This document shows positions 37,114 through 47,727 of a DNA stretch of 51,780 bases, in pieces. The DNA lies in assembly GCA_028684405.1 (NCBI GenBank), contig JAQUGA010000003.1:1-51780 (forward strand), in the 5' to 3' direction. The translations under genes were made by a program, and so were the position numbers. Each line of letters opens with the position of its first letter. The stretch's first letter is position 1. Origin of the DNA: Bacteroidales bacterium (lineage in GTDB: Bacteria; Bacteroidota; Bacteroidia; Bacteroidales; WCHB1-69). Under the pieces are notes generated by a model. The model did not search any database. It had not been told where the DNA came from and saw only the letters and a program-made list of their open reading frames with translations.

Positions 37114-39885
37114 ATGAAAACAAAAATTCTTTTTTTGGCAATTATAGCAAATATGTATGCGATGGTGAATGCCCAACAATGGGATTCTATCGCATATCAG
37201 CCACCTATGCAGGCAGTATATAATAATGCGTACTCTTCAAGTCAAGGTTTGATTATCGGTTCAGTACGTGGGATTTGGCGATTACAAAATAATACCATCG
37301 ATACATTGTTTTATCAGTCTATGCCATTGATAATTTGTTCTAGATTTGCCTTGTCTAATGATACTGTTTTTCTGTTAAGTAATGGTTTAAAACGCTTTAA
37401 AATTGGGGAGTATCCTACTGCATATAGTTTGCCAAATGTTCATGACTCTATATTTGCAAATTCGAACAAACTGTTGATTGAAAATGATAATCATTATTAT
37501 CTAACCCAATATGGAATTTATCATTATAATGGAGTTACTACTCAATTTATTTCTCAATCATTGGGCGTATTGCCTGATTTGATGTCGGTAGATAACAACA
37601 ATAAGTTGTATTTTTATAATCAAAATAAATTATATTATAACTCTGCAAATCAATCTGTTGTAATAACGGATACACTAACAAATATGAAGCTTCTTAAAGT
37701 GAATCTGCATACCAATGACTTGTATTTATTAAATCATGGAAAGTTGTATCGCTATGCTAACAGCCAACTGAATGAAGTTGTGATAGAGAATTATTTATTT
37801 GATAATTTTAACTATGTAAAGAGCATATCAAATGTTTCATTTGCTAAAGATCGAAACTATATGTATCTCAAATGTCAGTCGTCGTATTTTGTTTATTATG
37901 TTGGTGTGAATCCAATGGGTGGAGTTGCTCGTGAGATTTTAAAAGATTTTGAACTTTTATATGCTAACGAGATAACTGAATTTGAAGGAAACGTATATGC
38001 TTTTTCACATGACAAAGTCTATTATACGACAAATGAAACTTTCAATTCGCAAACCGCTGCTTTAGGAGGTAATATATTGAATAAAGGAAATTTTAAAGCC
38101 TTTATTGGAAGTGATGGTATGTTTTTTCGGAATACCATAGTTGGTAATGCCTTATTTGAAATGCCAAAAAATAGTGGAAAAAATCTTGCAGCTTCAGCAG
38201 GTTTATGGTTTATGGGCGTTAATGATAATCATGATACTTCATTGGCGGCAATGCGATATGCTCAAATAGGGAGAGACTTTTGGGCAGGTCCGGTTGGCTT
38301 CAATTATAACTCAGAATATGATAACAAGTACAATCATGTTTGGGTAGTAACGGCTGAAGAAGTAGAATATCATCGAAATAATTTTCAAAATCCTAATTAT
38401 ACTATCCCAGAATCTATTTTGACATGGCCCGCTCATGGAAACATTAGTAATGGAGAATATGCCTTTTTGGCACCTTTTGTTGACGTAAATGAAAATGGAT
38501 TCTATGAACCAAATTTAGGTGATTATCCTATTATTTATGGTGTTCAAACAGCTTATTTTTTATATAATGATGCACGAGCAAATCATATAGAATCTGGAGG
38601 TTCGGCTCTAAATCTTGAAATTCATGGGATGGCTTATGTAGCAGACAGTGTTGACAGTGATTTGAAAAATGCGATGTTTGTCAAATATAACATTTACAAT
38701 AAAGGAGAAAATTATTCTGATTTTATTCTTGGAAGATTTGAAGATATAGATCTTGAATATGACGGAGATTATGTTGGTTGCGATACTTTGAGAAATACTT
38801 ATTATTACTATAAGGGATGTTTTTATGATACCACGGGGACCATGCCGCCACCATATTTATCGGTCTCTTTATTAAGTGAAGACATGGATAAATATATTTA
38901 TTTTTTGGGTGGATATACTGAAATGAGTATGATTAACCCTGAAACATACAGCGACTATGTTTGGGCAATGAAAGGAATGAGAAATAATGGCGAGCCTTAT
39001 ACTTTTGGCGGCAATGCTTATTCTGGTACTGAACCCGTAAAATATGTTTTCCCTGGAAATCCTTCAGTTCCACATGAGTGGTCAGAATTTTCAGCTCAAA
39101 ACCCATCAAATGATAGAAAATCGTTGGTTCTAACGCAAAATCGGAGTTTTAATGCAAATTCAAATTATTGTTTTGATTTGGTTTATACCTATTACGGCGA
39201 AAGCACTGATTTGAGTGATGGCATTTTGGCTAATTATAGCGGACTAATGGAGAGAGTTGATAAAATGAAAAACTATTATGACACTGCTAATGTTTCCTGT
39301 TTTTCATCAGGATTAAGTTTTGTACCTCAACCGATTCCATCAAATACGAATGCAACATATTCTAACGCTTATCGGTACAATACCGAAATTGATTATAACA
39401 TGCCCATTGATAGTGTTTCAATCTTACAAATAATTCCAATTAATACCTATCTTACTTCTATTTCGTGGGGCGTTTATCAAAATGGAAATCAGTATATTTT
39501 TAGTAATGTGGAATATGCTGTTCAAAATAATATACCCGTCGTTCTTACGCTCAATATTATGAAAAATCCCAATTTGAAAACAACGAATTCGCATTCAATA
39601 AAATACTATTTACACGGAATAGTGGGCGTTTCAGAATATGAAAAAACAAATATTAAAATGTATCCCAACCCAAGCACTTCTCAACTTACTTTTGAAGGAA
39701 TTGAAACTGTCACTGCAATTAAAATTCATGATATTATGGGACGTTTAGTTCGCATAATTGATAATAAGAAGTTGGATAATGCAATATCAATTTCTATTGA
39801 TGACTTGAAAAGGGGGATTTATATTGTGAGTTTTGTAAACTCTAATGGTGAAAAAATAGGATTTGAAAAATTGACCGTAAATTAA
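37114..39885 (+). CDS. Secreted 923-aa protein with a T9SS type A CTD; function unknown (N-terminal propeller-like Y-rich repeats)
   Basis: Signal peptide MKTKILFLAIIANMYAMVNAQ. Repeated ..LYFYNQNKLYY.. / ..LYLLNHGKLYRY.. blades. CTD KMYPNPSTSQLTFEG...IHDIMGRLVR...GIYIVSF. Confidence 0.75.
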   Translation: MKTKILFLAIIANMYAMVNAQQWDSIAYQPPMQAVYNNAYSSSQGLIIGSVRGIWRLQNNTIDTLFYQSMPLIICSRFALSNDTVFLLSNGLKRFKIGEYPTAYSLPNVHDSIFANSNKLLIENDNHYYLTQYGIYHYNGVTTQFISQSLGVLPDLMSVDNNNKLYFYNQNKLYYNSANQSVVITDTLTNMKLLKVNLHTNDLYLLNHGKLYRYANSQLNEVVIENYLFDNFNYVKSISNVSFAKDRNYMYLKCQSSYFVYYVGVNPMGGVAREILKDFELLYANEITEFEGNVYAFSHDKVYYTTNETFNSQTAALGGNILNKGNFKAFIGSDGMFFRNTIVGNALFEMPKNSGKNLAASAGLWFMGVNDNHDTSLAAMRYAQIGRDFWAGPVGFNYNSEYDNKYNHVWVVTAEEVEYHRNNFQNPNYTIPESILTWPAHGNISNGEYAFLAPFVDVNENGFYEPNLGDYPIIYGVQTAYFLYNDARANHIESGGSALNLEIHGMAYVADSVDSDLKNAMFVKYNIYNKGENYSDFILGRFEDIDLEYDGDYVGCDTLRNTYYYYKGCFYDTTGTMPPPYLSVSLLSEDMDKYIYFLGGYTEMSMINPETYSDYVWAMKGMRNNGEPYTFGGNAYSGTEPVKYVFPGNPSVPHEWSEFSAQNPSNDRKSLVLTQNRSFNANSNYCFDLVYTYYGESTDLSDGILANYSGLMERVDKMKNYYDTANVSCFSSGLSFVPQPIPSNTNATYSNAYRYNTEIDYNMPIDSVSILQIIPINTYLTSISWGVYQNGNQYIFSNVEYAVQNNIPVVLTLNIMKNPNLKTTNSHSIKYYLHGIVGVSEYEKTNIKMYPNPSTSQLTFEGIETVTAIKIHDIMGRLVRIIDNKKLDNAISISIDDLKRGIYIVSFVNSNGEKIGFEKLTVN

Positions 39886-39899
39886 AGACAATAATATAG

Positions 39900-39931
39900 C
39901 AACACAGTTGTCGATGATCGCAACTGTGTTG
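39900..39931 (+). terminator. Hairpin at the end of the three-gene T9SS cargo operon
   Basis: CAACACAGTTG-(10 nt)-CAACTGTGTTG perfect 11-bp stem, 15 nt after stop 39885. There is no clear T-tract. Confidence 0.5.
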
Positions 39932-40092
39932 ATTATATCTCTCAATTTTTTTCAAGTCTTATCATTGATAGTCAGTATCTCTCAAGCCAAAATAAAAGCA
40001 AAAAACATCTGTTCTTTAAACAAAACAGCCAATTCTTTCAACTTCTGGATAATATTTCATTTTCGATTTGTGAAGTGAGAAAAAAATATGTT

Positions 40093-40100
40093 TACATTTG
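40093..40100 (+). promoter_or_regulatory. -7 box (TAnnTTTG) for trkA-trkH
   Basis: TACATTTG, 24 nt upstream of ATG 40125. Confidence 0.45.
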
Positions 40101-40124
40101 TGAAATTTTTTATATTAAAAAGTT

Positions 40125-40817
40125 ATGGCAGAAAAATTTGCAGTTATTGGTGCTGGACATTTTGGAACAGCAATCGCTGTTACCTTGTCCAAAAAAGGAG
40201 CAGAGGTAATGGTTATCGATACGAATCAAGATAAAATTGATGCTATTAACGATGAGGTTTCTTACGCTGTTTGTTTGGATGCTACCGATAAAAAAGCTTT
40301 GATGTCGCAAGACATTAAAGATTTTGATGCTGTCGTTGTGGCCATCGGACAAAATTTTGAAGCCCGTTTATTGTGTGCAGCTGTTTTGTTAGATATTGGC
40401 GTGAAAAAGATTATTTGCCGCTCTTTGGGCATGAGCCAACGTCTTATCCTCGACAAAATGGGCGTTACCGAAATTCTTTCGCCCGAAGATGAGGTTGCAC
40501 TTATTGTTGCAGAACGCCTTATGAATCCTAGCGTTATATCCTATTTGCAACTGCCTGATGACCATCGGATTGCAGAAGTGCTAGCGCCTCGAAAAATTGC
40601 AGGAAGAACTTATGGCGATTTGAATTTGAGAGATCGGTACAAATTGAGTATGATTACCATTAAGCGTGATTTTCAGGAAATTATCGACAAACAAGAGTGC
40701 ACCATTCAGCACATTATTGGAGTTCCTGATACAAAAACGATTATCCAACCCAACGATAGTTTGGTTATTTTTGGAAAAAACAGAGACATCGAAAGATTCA
40801 TAGAAATAAATAGTTAA
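40125..40817 (+). CDS. trkA: Trk/Ktr potassium uptake system, NAD-binding peripheral subunit (RCK_N plus RCK_C)
   Basis: Rossmann GxGxxG FAVIGAGHFGTAIA. C-terminal RCK_C (IAGRTYGDLNLR...DSLVIFG). Immediately precedes the TrkH-like gene (1-nt gap). Confidence 0.85.
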   Translation: MAEKFAVIGAGHFGTAIAVTLSKKGAEVMVIDTNQDKIDAINDEVSYAVCLDATDKKALMSQDIKDFDAVVVAIGQNFEARLLCAAVLLDIGVKKIICRSLGMSQRLILDKMGVTEILSPEDEVALIVAERLMNPSVISYLQLPDDHRIAEVLAPRKIAGRTYGDLNLRDRYKLSMITIKRDFQEIIDKQECTIQHIIGVPDTKTIIQPNDSLVIFGKNRDIERFIEINS

Positions 40818-40818
40818 G

Positions 40819-42636
40819 ATGTTAGGATTAAAGTTCTTAAAAAAAATCCAAGAAAAAATCTATTTGAAAATTTGGTCTCAGAAGCAATCAGTTTTGGCCT
40901 TTTTCAAGTTTTCTAGCATTGCTGTTTCTCTATTTACAATTTTTAGTATTGTCTTTTATTATGGTTTTGAAAATACGCAAGAGACACATCGACTCTTTTT
41001 CTCTATTTTGCATTTTAGTTTTTCATTCTATTTTGTAAAATATATTATTTCACTTCTTTACAGTTTTCATTTTTGGGGATACATCCGCAAAACATGGTTC
41101 GAGTTTACGGTATTGATGTTCTGGATTATCAATGCTTTTTTGTTTCTTTTATGGGGAATTGACGCTACTCAAATTGCTGCTCATTATTTAAAAATGCCAC
41201 AACTGGTCGACTATTCAATTTTAGCCGTTCAGTTTTTTTTCTTTATCGTAGTAGGAGTAGAGGTTTCCAAAATTGGGGTTTTCTTTGCAAAATTTAATTT
41301 TGGACCTTCAGGAATGCTCTTGTCGGCCTTTTTGTTTATGATTTCTATTGGGGCGGCACTTTTAATGATGCCCGAAATGACCACTCAAGGAATCTCTTTT
41401 ATAGACGCTCTATTTACCTCTACCAGTGCCAGCTGTGTGACGGGTTTAATGGTTGTCGATACAGCAACGGCATTCACTTTCAAAGGCAAAATCATTATTT
41501 TAATTCTAATCCAGTTAGGCGGGATAAACATGTTGTCATTTGCTACTTTCTTCGCATTTATGGCACACGAAAGTTATGGATTAAAATACAGTTCTTTTAT
41601 GAAAAACATGCTGGATGTTGACAAACTGTCATCAACAAGAACTTTGTTGAAAAACATCGTTTTTTTCAGTTTTGGACTCGAACTTGTGGGGGCTTTTTTG
41701 ATATTTATGTACTGGCAAATTTCGAATTACGACTCTTCTATGCAACATAATATTTTTTATGCCGTTTTTCATAGTGTTTCTGCTTTTAATAATGCTGGAA
41801 TTAGCCTTTGGACCGATGGACTCTACAATAGTTTTGTGCGAAATTCTTTCTTCGTTCAAGCTGTTCTTATGGTTTTGATTTTCTTTGGAGGATTAGGTTT
41901 CTTTGCAATTCAAGATATGTTTGCTTTGTCGAGCTATAGAAGACGGAAAAAACAACCATGGAAAGGCTTGCAGTTGAGTACCCGAATTGTTCTTTATACT
42001 TCTTTGTTCTTGATTTTAGCAGGAAGTGTGGTTTTTTACCTTCTTGAGTACGATAAATCGATGAGTAATGAAACTGCTTTTGCAAAAGTTTTTCATTCTG
42101 TTTTTCAATCTGTTTCTGCCCGAACAGCAGGATTTAGTACCGTTAATTTCTCTTTAGTTTCGCAACCTACTTTATTGTTTTTTATAATTTTGATGTTCAT
42201 TGGTGCCTCGCCAGGCTCAACTGGAGGCGGAATTAAAACCACCACTTTTTATCTGCTTTATAAATTATCAATAGCAACCATTACCGGGAAAAAATATATT
42301 GAATCAGGACGAAACTCAATTCCGTTTTCGTTGATAGACAAAGCAACAACCGTTTTTCTATTTGCAATAACTTTGATTTTCGCCTCTACTTTTTTATTAA
42401 GCATTACCGAAGAGGGAATCAGTTTTATTGATTTGTTGTTTGAAGAAGTATCTGCTTTTGCCACCGCTGGTTTGTCCACAGGCATCACTTCAAGTTTGTC
42501 GCCAGCCGGTAGAATTATTATTATTGTGAGTATGTTTGTTGGTAGAATTGGACCTTTAACATTGGGAATTGCGCTCAGTAGAAAAGTAATGACCAATAAA
42601 TATCGTTATCCAAATGCCAATATAATGGTGGGTTAA
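40819..42636 (+). CDS. trkH: TrkH/KtrB family potassium transporter
   Basis: Four selectivity-filter-like P-loops: SASCVTGL, AFNNAGIS, SARTAGFS, PGSTGGGIKTTT, plus FATAGLSTG. Polytopic membrane protein. Confidence 0.85.
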   Translation: MLGLKFLKKIQEKIYLKIWSQKQSVLAFFKFSSIAVSLFTIFSIVFYYGFENTQETHRLFFSILHFSFSFYFVKYIISLLYSFHFWGYIRKTWFEFTVLMFWIINAFLFLLWGIDATQIAAHYLKMPQLVDYSILAVQFFFFIVVGVEVSKIGVFFAKFNFGPSGMLLSAFLFMISIGAALLMMPEMTTQGISFIDALFTSTSASCVTGLMVVDTATAFTFKGKIIILILIQLGGINMLSFATFFAFMAHESYGLKYSSFMKNMLDVDKLSSTRTLLKNIVFFSFGLELVGAFLIFMYWQISNYDSSMQHNIFYAVFHSVSAFNNAGISLWTDGLYNSFVRNSFFVQAVLMVLIFFGGLGFFAIQDMFALSSYRRRKKQPWKGLQLSTRIVLYTSLFLILAGSVVFYLLEYDKSMSNETAFAKVFHSVFQSVSARTAGFSTVNFSLVSQPTLLFFIILMFIGASPGSTGGGIKTTTFYLLYKLSIATITGKKYIESGRNSIPFSLIDKATTVFLFAITLIFASTFLLSITEEGISFIDLLFEEVSAFATAGLSTGITSSLSPAGRIIIIVSMFVGRIGPLTLGIALSRKVMTNKYRYPNANIMVG

Positions 42637-42646
42637 ACCTTCGTTT

Positions 42647-43249
42647 ATGAAAAAGTTTTTTATCCTGTTTTTATTTTTTTATGTAAATACTCTGCATTCT
42701 CAAAATTGGGATATAAATATACTGAAAGAAATTAATATCGAACGAAATACCTCATTTGATAATTCTTTTAAAGTGATAACGGAATCGGCAACGCCTATTT
42801 CAATTGGTCTTCCATTGTTGGGATATGGAATTGGATTGATAAAGAGAGATTCCGTTCTTAAAAGCCGTTCATTTATGATTGGAGCTAGCGTTATTACAGC
42901 TGTTGGACTCACAACGGTGCTTAAATATACCATTCAACGTGAACGCCCCTTTAAAACTTATCCCGAAATCCATAAAATAACTTTGGGAGGCAGTCCATCT
43001 TTCCCTTCCGGACATACAACAGAGGCGTTCGCCTTGGCTACTTCCTTAAGTTTGGCTTGTCCAAAATGGTATGTTGTTGCTCCAGCCTACACTTGGGCTA
43101 CGGCAGTTGGTTACTCCCGAATGCATCTCGGCGTTCATTATCCTTCAGATGTATTTGTAGGTGCATTGATTGGAGCTGGTTCTGCTTATTTATCCTTTAA
43201 AGTGAAAAAATGGTACGATCGGAAATATCATCACAATTTTTTTTACTAA
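42647..43249 (+). CDS. PAP2 superfamily phosphatase (phosphatidic acid / undecaprenyl-PP phosphatase-like)
   Basis: All three PAP2 motifs: KYTIQRERP (KxxxxxxRP), PSGHT, SRMHLGVHYPSD (SRxxxxxHxxxD). Confidence 0.85.
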   Translation: MKKFFILFLFFYVNTLHSQNWDINILKEINIERNTSFDNSFKVITESATPISIGLPLLGYGIGLIKRDSVLKSRSFMIGASVITAVGLTTVLKYTIQRERPFKTYPEIHKITLGGSPSFPSGHTTEAFALATSLSLACPKWYVVAPAYTWATAVGYSRMHLGVHYPSDVFVGALIGAGSAYLSFKVKKWYDRKYHHNFFY

Positions 43250-43506
43250 AATTAAAATATCTCTTTTTTGCAAATGTCTAGGTTCGGCTGCTGGGAAAAA
43301 TAATAGGTCAAGCGAGACATTTAGTGTCTAATTTGTTGATTGCTATTTGGTTGTAAGTCTATTAGTGAGTTTTTAATTGATGTTTTCTGCTTTTAAATGT
43401 TTAGATACAGACCTATTGTTGTGAAAAATTTATAAACAGGCATTTGGTATATGTTTTTATTTTATAATTTACGACGCCTATTTGTATTTTTGATTATTAC
43501 TTTGAT

Positions 43507-43514
43507 TACTTTTG
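43507..43514 (+). promoter_or_regulatory. -7 box (TAnnTTTG) for the NMO-family gene
   Basis: TACTTTTG, 13 nt upstream of ATG 43528. Another match TATTTTTG lies at 43485-43492. Confidence 0.4.
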
Positions 43515-43527
43515 CAAAACATATAAA

Positions 43528-44595
43528 ATGAAATTGATGAAAACATTACAAATAGGAAATTTAGTTATTCCAATCCCAATAATTCAAGGTGGTATGGGAG
43601 TCGGAGTATCTATGTCCGGCTTGGCCTCTGCGGTTGCTAATGAAGGCGGTGTAGGGGTTATTTCCGCTGCAGGATTGGGACTTGTTCACAAAAATTCTGC
43701 ATTGGATTATCTTCAAGCAAATATTGAAGGCTTAAAAAAAGAAATTCGTCTTGCAAAAGAAAAGACAAAAGGAGTTTTGGGTGTAAATATTATGGTGGCC
43801 ATGAGCAATTTTGAAGAAATGGTAAAAACAGCCGTTTCTGAAAAAATTGATATTATTTTTTCAGGTGCAGGTTTGCCCCTTGATTTGCCTAAGTTTTTAA
43901 CCAAAGACTGCAAAACAAAATTGGTTCCAATCATCTCTTCGGGAAGAGCAGCCAAGCTAATTTGCGATAGATGGAAATCCAGATATGACTATTTGCCCGA
44001 TGCTATTGTTCTGGAAGGACCAAAAGCAGGAGGACATTTAGGCTTTAAAAGAGATCAATTAGACAATGCTCAGTTTACACTCGAAGTATTGCTAAAAGAT
44101 GTAAAAGAAGCAGTGGCTGAATTTGAAATAAAATATCTAAAGAAAATTCCAATTATCGCTGCTGGTGGTCTATACACAGGTTCCGACATTTTCAAGATTA
44201 TGGAACAAGGTGCAGATGGAGTTCAAATGGGAACTCGCTTTGTTACCACCACCGAGTGCGATGCTTCGGATAAGTTTAAACAAGCATATATTGATGCTAG
44301 CGAAAAGGATATGGAGATTATTCAAAGTCCCGTCGGACTCCCAGGTCGTGCCGTCTTTAATGAATTTATTGATAAGGTAAAACAAGGATTAAAAGTGCCT
44401 GTTAAATGCCCTTTTCATTGCATTAAAACATGCGATGTGACCAGCAGCCCATATTGCATCATCTCTGCTCTGTATAATGCTTATAAAGGAAATATGGAAA
44501 AAGGCTACGCCTTCGGAGGATGCAATGCATATTTAGCAACAAAAATCACAAGCGTCAAAGAAACGTTTAAAGAGCTTCTAGACGACTATAAATAG
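43528..44595 (+). CDS. Nitronate monooxygenase family flavin oxidoreductase (NMO / FabK-like)
   Basis: PIIQGGMGVGVS FMN-binding start, EGPKAGGHLG, IIAAGGLYTGSD...GADGVQMGTRF. TIM-barrel NPD/FabK signatures. Confidence 0.85.
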   Translation: MKLMKTLQIGNLVIPIPIIQGGMGVGVSMSGLASAVANEGGVGVISAAGLGLVHKNSALDYLQANIEGLKKEIRLAKEKTKGVLGVNIMVAMSNFEEMVKTAVSEKIDIIFSGAGLPLDLPKFLTKDCKTKLVPIISSGRAAKLICDRWKSRYDYLPDAIVLEGPKAGGHLGFKRDQLDNAQFTLEVLLKDVKEAVAEFEIKYLKKIPIIAAGGLYTGSDIFKIMEQGADGVQMGTRFVTTTECDASDKFKQAYIDASEKDMEIIQSPVGLPGRAVFNEFIDKVKQGLKVPVKCPFHCIKTCDVTSSPYCIISALYNAYKGNMEKGYAFGGCNAYLATKITSVKETFKELLDDYK

Positions 44596-44630
44596 CCATT
44601 GTTAATGGTTGCTTCAGAACCGATAATGAA

Positions 44631-44685
44631 TGCACCTTTTGGGTCGTTTGCTCACAATGACGAACGACCCAAAAGCTGCATTTTT
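44631..44685 (+). terminator. Intrinsic terminator after the NMO-family gene
   Basis: TGCACCTTTTGGGTCGTT ... AACGACCCAAAAGCTGCA (18-bp stem, 1 mismatch) followed by TTTTT. Confidence 0.75.
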
Positions 44686-44709
44686 AATTAATATTTTTTT
44701 CCAAAAGGG

Positions 44710-44751
44710 ATAAACCATCCAAAGCACAATTCAGTTTTTTGGATGGTTTAT
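44710..44751 (-). terminator. Hairpin terminator after uvrA
   Basis: ATAAACCATCCAAA ... TTTGGATGGTTTAT perfect 14-bp stem starting 2 nt beyond the uvrA stop codon. The minus strand continues TCCCTTTTGG. Confidence 0.6.
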
Positions 44752-44752
44752 T

Positions 44753-47557
44753 CTATTTCATTTTCTCTTTTAAATGTCTTGCTGTGTGCGAATCCGATTT
44801 TTTGACTAAATCCTCGGGGGTTCCTTCAAAAACAATTTTCCCGCCTTCGTCGCCACCTTCGGGACCGAGGTCAATAATCCAGTCGGCACATTTTATCACT
44901 TCCTGATTGTGTTCAATAATAACAATGGTGTGTCCTTTTTCTGTTAAGAGTTCAAAAGCATGATTGAGTCGCGAAATATCGTGAACATGTAGTCCGGTAG
45001 TGGGTTCATCTAGGATAAAAAGGGTGGTTTCTGCATTGCTGCCTTTTACCAAAAAGGAAGCTAATTTCAAGCGTTGTGCTTCGCCGCCCGAAAGCGTACT
45101 TGAGGATTGACCCAGTTTTAAATATCCCAATCCAACACTTTGCAAGGGCAAAAGTTTTTCAACAATTTTATTAGCATTGTTATTCTTATCCTCTGAAAAG
45201 AATTCAATCGCTTGATTAATAGTCATGTCCAGTATGTCGTAGATGGAAATGCCGTTGTATTTAATGTCCAAAACGTCATCTTTGTAACGCTTTCCTTTAC
45301 AACTGTCGCAAATCAATTCCACGTCCGACATAAATTGCATTTCAATGCGAACAATTCCTTCACCCTCGCATTCGTCACAGCGACCACCAGCGACGTTGAA
45401 TGAAAAATATCCAGGTTTGTAGCCTCTGGTTTTTGCACTTGGAATTTCGGAAAATAACGTTCTAATATCATCAAATGCTTTAATGAAAGTTGCTGGATTC
45501 GATCGAGAAGAACGTCCTATTGGATTCTGGTCGACCATCTCAATGTTTTTAATAAGATTGATGTCTCCCTTTAAATCGGTGTGTTTGCCCGCTTTTTCTG
45601 GAAAACCACCCTTTAGCCGTTTCAGGCCAATAAAAAGGGTCTTTTTAATTAATGTTGTTTTTCCCGAACCACTTACACCCGTAACAACTGTAATGGCGTT
45701 TAGTGGGATTTTTACGCTCACATTTTTTAAATTATTTTCACGGGCTCCAATAATTTCAATGTAGTCTTTCCATTTTCGTCGAGAAGAGGGAATCGGAATT
45801 TCTTTTCTTCCGGTGTGATATAGAGCTGTGTGCGTATTTGATTTTTTTAATTCCTCATACGAACCTGTAAAAACAACTTCGCCACCCAATCTTCCTGCAT
45901 CGGGTCCAATGTCAATAATAAAATCAGCTGCTTTAATGATGTCTTCGTCGTGTTCTACTACAATTACGGTATTGCCAACATCACGAAGTCGTTTCAGTAT
46001 GTAAATGAGCTTCTGGGTGTCTCTGGGATGCAAGCCAACACTCGGCTCGTCCAAAATGTACATAGAGCCCACCAAACTACTTCCGATGGCTGCAGCGATG
46101 TTTAAGCGTTGTGTTTCTCCGCCCGACAAGGTGTTTGATAATCGATTTAAACTCAGATAACTTAAACCAATATCGTTGATGAGCTGCAAACGCTTTTTTA
46201 TTTCGGTTAATAAACGTTCCGAAATTTCAATGTCGTATGTGTCTTCAAAACTAAGATGGGTGAAAAACTGCAAACAATCTTTAACCGACATTAAAACGAT
46301 GTCGGCAATTGATTTATTCGCAATTTTGACATATTGTGCATCCAATCGGAGGCGACTTCCACGACAATCGGGACAAGCGGTTTTACCCCTAAATCTGGAA
46401 ATAAAAACCCTGTTTTGAATCTTGTAATTATGTTTTTCTAAACTTTCAAAAAAAGCATTAATTCCAAAAAAATATTCATTTCCCGTCCACAAAAGTTTAT
46501 ACTCATCTTCGGATAAGTCTTCGATGGCACGATGCAATGGAAAATCGAAGTGATATGCGTTTTTTATAAGTCTGTCTTTCCACTCTTTTGTGCTATCAAA
46601 TTTCCAGCAGGCAATGGCATCTTCAAAAACCGATTTTGTACGATCGGGAAAAACCAAGTCATCGTCAATTCCGATGGTGCTGCCAAAACCTTCACATGTT
46701 TTGCATGCTCCGTATGGATTGTTAAAGCTGAATAGGTTAACATTCGGCTCCTCAAATACAATTCCATCCAACTCAAAATGATTATTGAATTCTGTAATGT
46801 TTTCGGTCAACTCTTCTTTGCTCAAAACATAACAAGAACCTCTACCTTCATAAAACGCAGTTTCAACGGAATCGGCAATACGACTCTTTTCATCCTTAAA
46901 ATTGCTTCTTTTAATTCGGTCGATAAGTAATTTGGCTTCTTTTTTTGTGGATTTCAAAGTGTCTATATAATCTTCTATCCGAACTATTTCATTTTTGAAA
47001 TAAAGCCGACTGTATCCAGTTTGAATTAACATTTGAAGTTCTTCTTTGAGGGAACGACCTTGTTTGGGAATAATATTGGTTAGAATGTATATCTGACTCT
47101 CAGTATTTTGGCTTTCGATGTGATTTAAAACATCTTCAACAATTTGTCTTTTAACGATTTTTCCCGAAATTGGGGAGTACGTTTTTCCGACTCGTGCAAA
47201 TAACAATTTTAGATATTCATAAATTTCGGATGAAGTTCCAACGGTAGATCTCGGATTTCGCGTATTGGTCTTTTGTGCTATGGCAATGGCGGGCGGAATG
47301 CCTGCAATGAGGTCTACCTCAGGCTTGCTGATGCGATCTAGGAACTGACGGGCGTAGGAGCTTAAACTCTCTACATAGCGACGTTGTCCTTCCGCATAAA
47401 GCGTGTCAAAAGCCAGCGAAGATTTTCCAGAACCCGATAATCCAGTAATGACTACAAATTTATTGCGAGGAATGTCTAAATCAATATTTTTAAGGTTGTT
47501 TACACGTGCTCCTTTTATTTGAATGTAATTTTTTTTTTCTAAACTTTTGTCGCTCAT
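44753..47557 (-). CDS. uvrA: Excinuclease ABC subunit A
   Basis: Two ABC ATPase modules ([20 protein letters not shown]; signatures [18 protein letters not shown]). Zn-finger Cys clusters ([24 protein letters not shown]...CDSCKGKR). 934 aa. Confidence 0.97.
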   Translation of the reverse strand: MSDKSLEKKNYIQIKGARVNNLKNIDLDIPRNKFVVITGLSGSGKSSLAFDTLYAEGQRRYVESLSSYARQFLDRISKPEVDLIAGIPPAIAIAQKTNTRNPRSTVGTSSEIYEYLKLLFARVGKTYSPISGKIVKRQIVEDVLNHIESQNTESQIYILTNIIPKQGRSLKEELQMLIQTGYSRLYFKNEIVRIEDYIDTLKSTKKEAKLLIDRIKRSNFKDEKSRIADSVETAFYEGRGSCYVLSKEELTENITEFNNHFELDGIVFEEPNVNLFSFNNPYGACKTCEGFGSTIGIDDDLVFPDRTKSVFEDAIACWKFDSTKEWKDRLIKNAYHFDFPLHRAIEDLSEDEYKLLWTGNEYFFGINAFFESLEKHNYKIQNRVFISRFRGKTACPDCRGSRLRLDAQYVKIANKSIADIVLMSVKDCLQFFTHLSFEDTYDIEISERLLTEIKKRLQLINDIGLSYLSLNRLSNTLSGGETQRLNIAAAIGSSLVGSMYILDEPSVGLHPRDTQKLIYILKRLRDVGNTVIVVEHDEDIIKAADFIIDIGPDAGRLGGEVVFTGSYEELKKSNTHTALYHTGRKEIPIPSSRRKWKDYIEIIGARENNLKNVSVKIPLNAITVVTGVSGSGKTTLIKKTLFIGLKRLKGGFPEKAGKHTDLKGDINLIKNIEMVDQNPIGRSSRSNPATFIKAFDDIRTLFSEIPSAKTRGYKPGYFSFNVAGGRCDECEGEGIVRIEMQFMSDVELICDSCKGKRYKDDVLDIKYNGISIYDILDMTINQAIEFFSEDKNNNANKIVEKLLPLQSVGLGYLKLGQSSSTLSGGEAQRLKLASFLVKGSNAETTLFILDEPTTGLHVHDISRLNHAFELLTEKGHTIVIIEHNQEVIKCADWIIDLGPEGGDEGGKIVFEGTPEDLVKKSDSHTARHLKEKMK

Positions 47558-47595
47558 AATCAGTTAAATAGCTTGTGTTTGCTTATATTAGACTG

Positions 47596-47603
47596 CAAAA
47601 ATA
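47596..47603 (-). promoter_or_regulatory. -7 box (TAnnTTTG) for uvrA
   Basis: The minus strand reads TATTTTTG, 38 nt upstream of ATG 47557. Confidence 0.4.
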
Positions 47604-47727
47604 CACAAATAATACTTGACAAATCTAAAATAATGTTGTAATATTGCATTATCAATCATTAAACACGGAGGATTATCGATTAAATTTTTACTCTTTTCAA
47701 CATAACAAACAAAGGAAGGAGTCTGTC

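Noticed and set aside
43270-43330. 8-bp inverted repeat AAATGTCT...AGACATTT after the PAP2 gene as a terminator.
   Set aside because: The loop is roughly 35 nt with no T-tract. The element is weak and could easily arise by chance.
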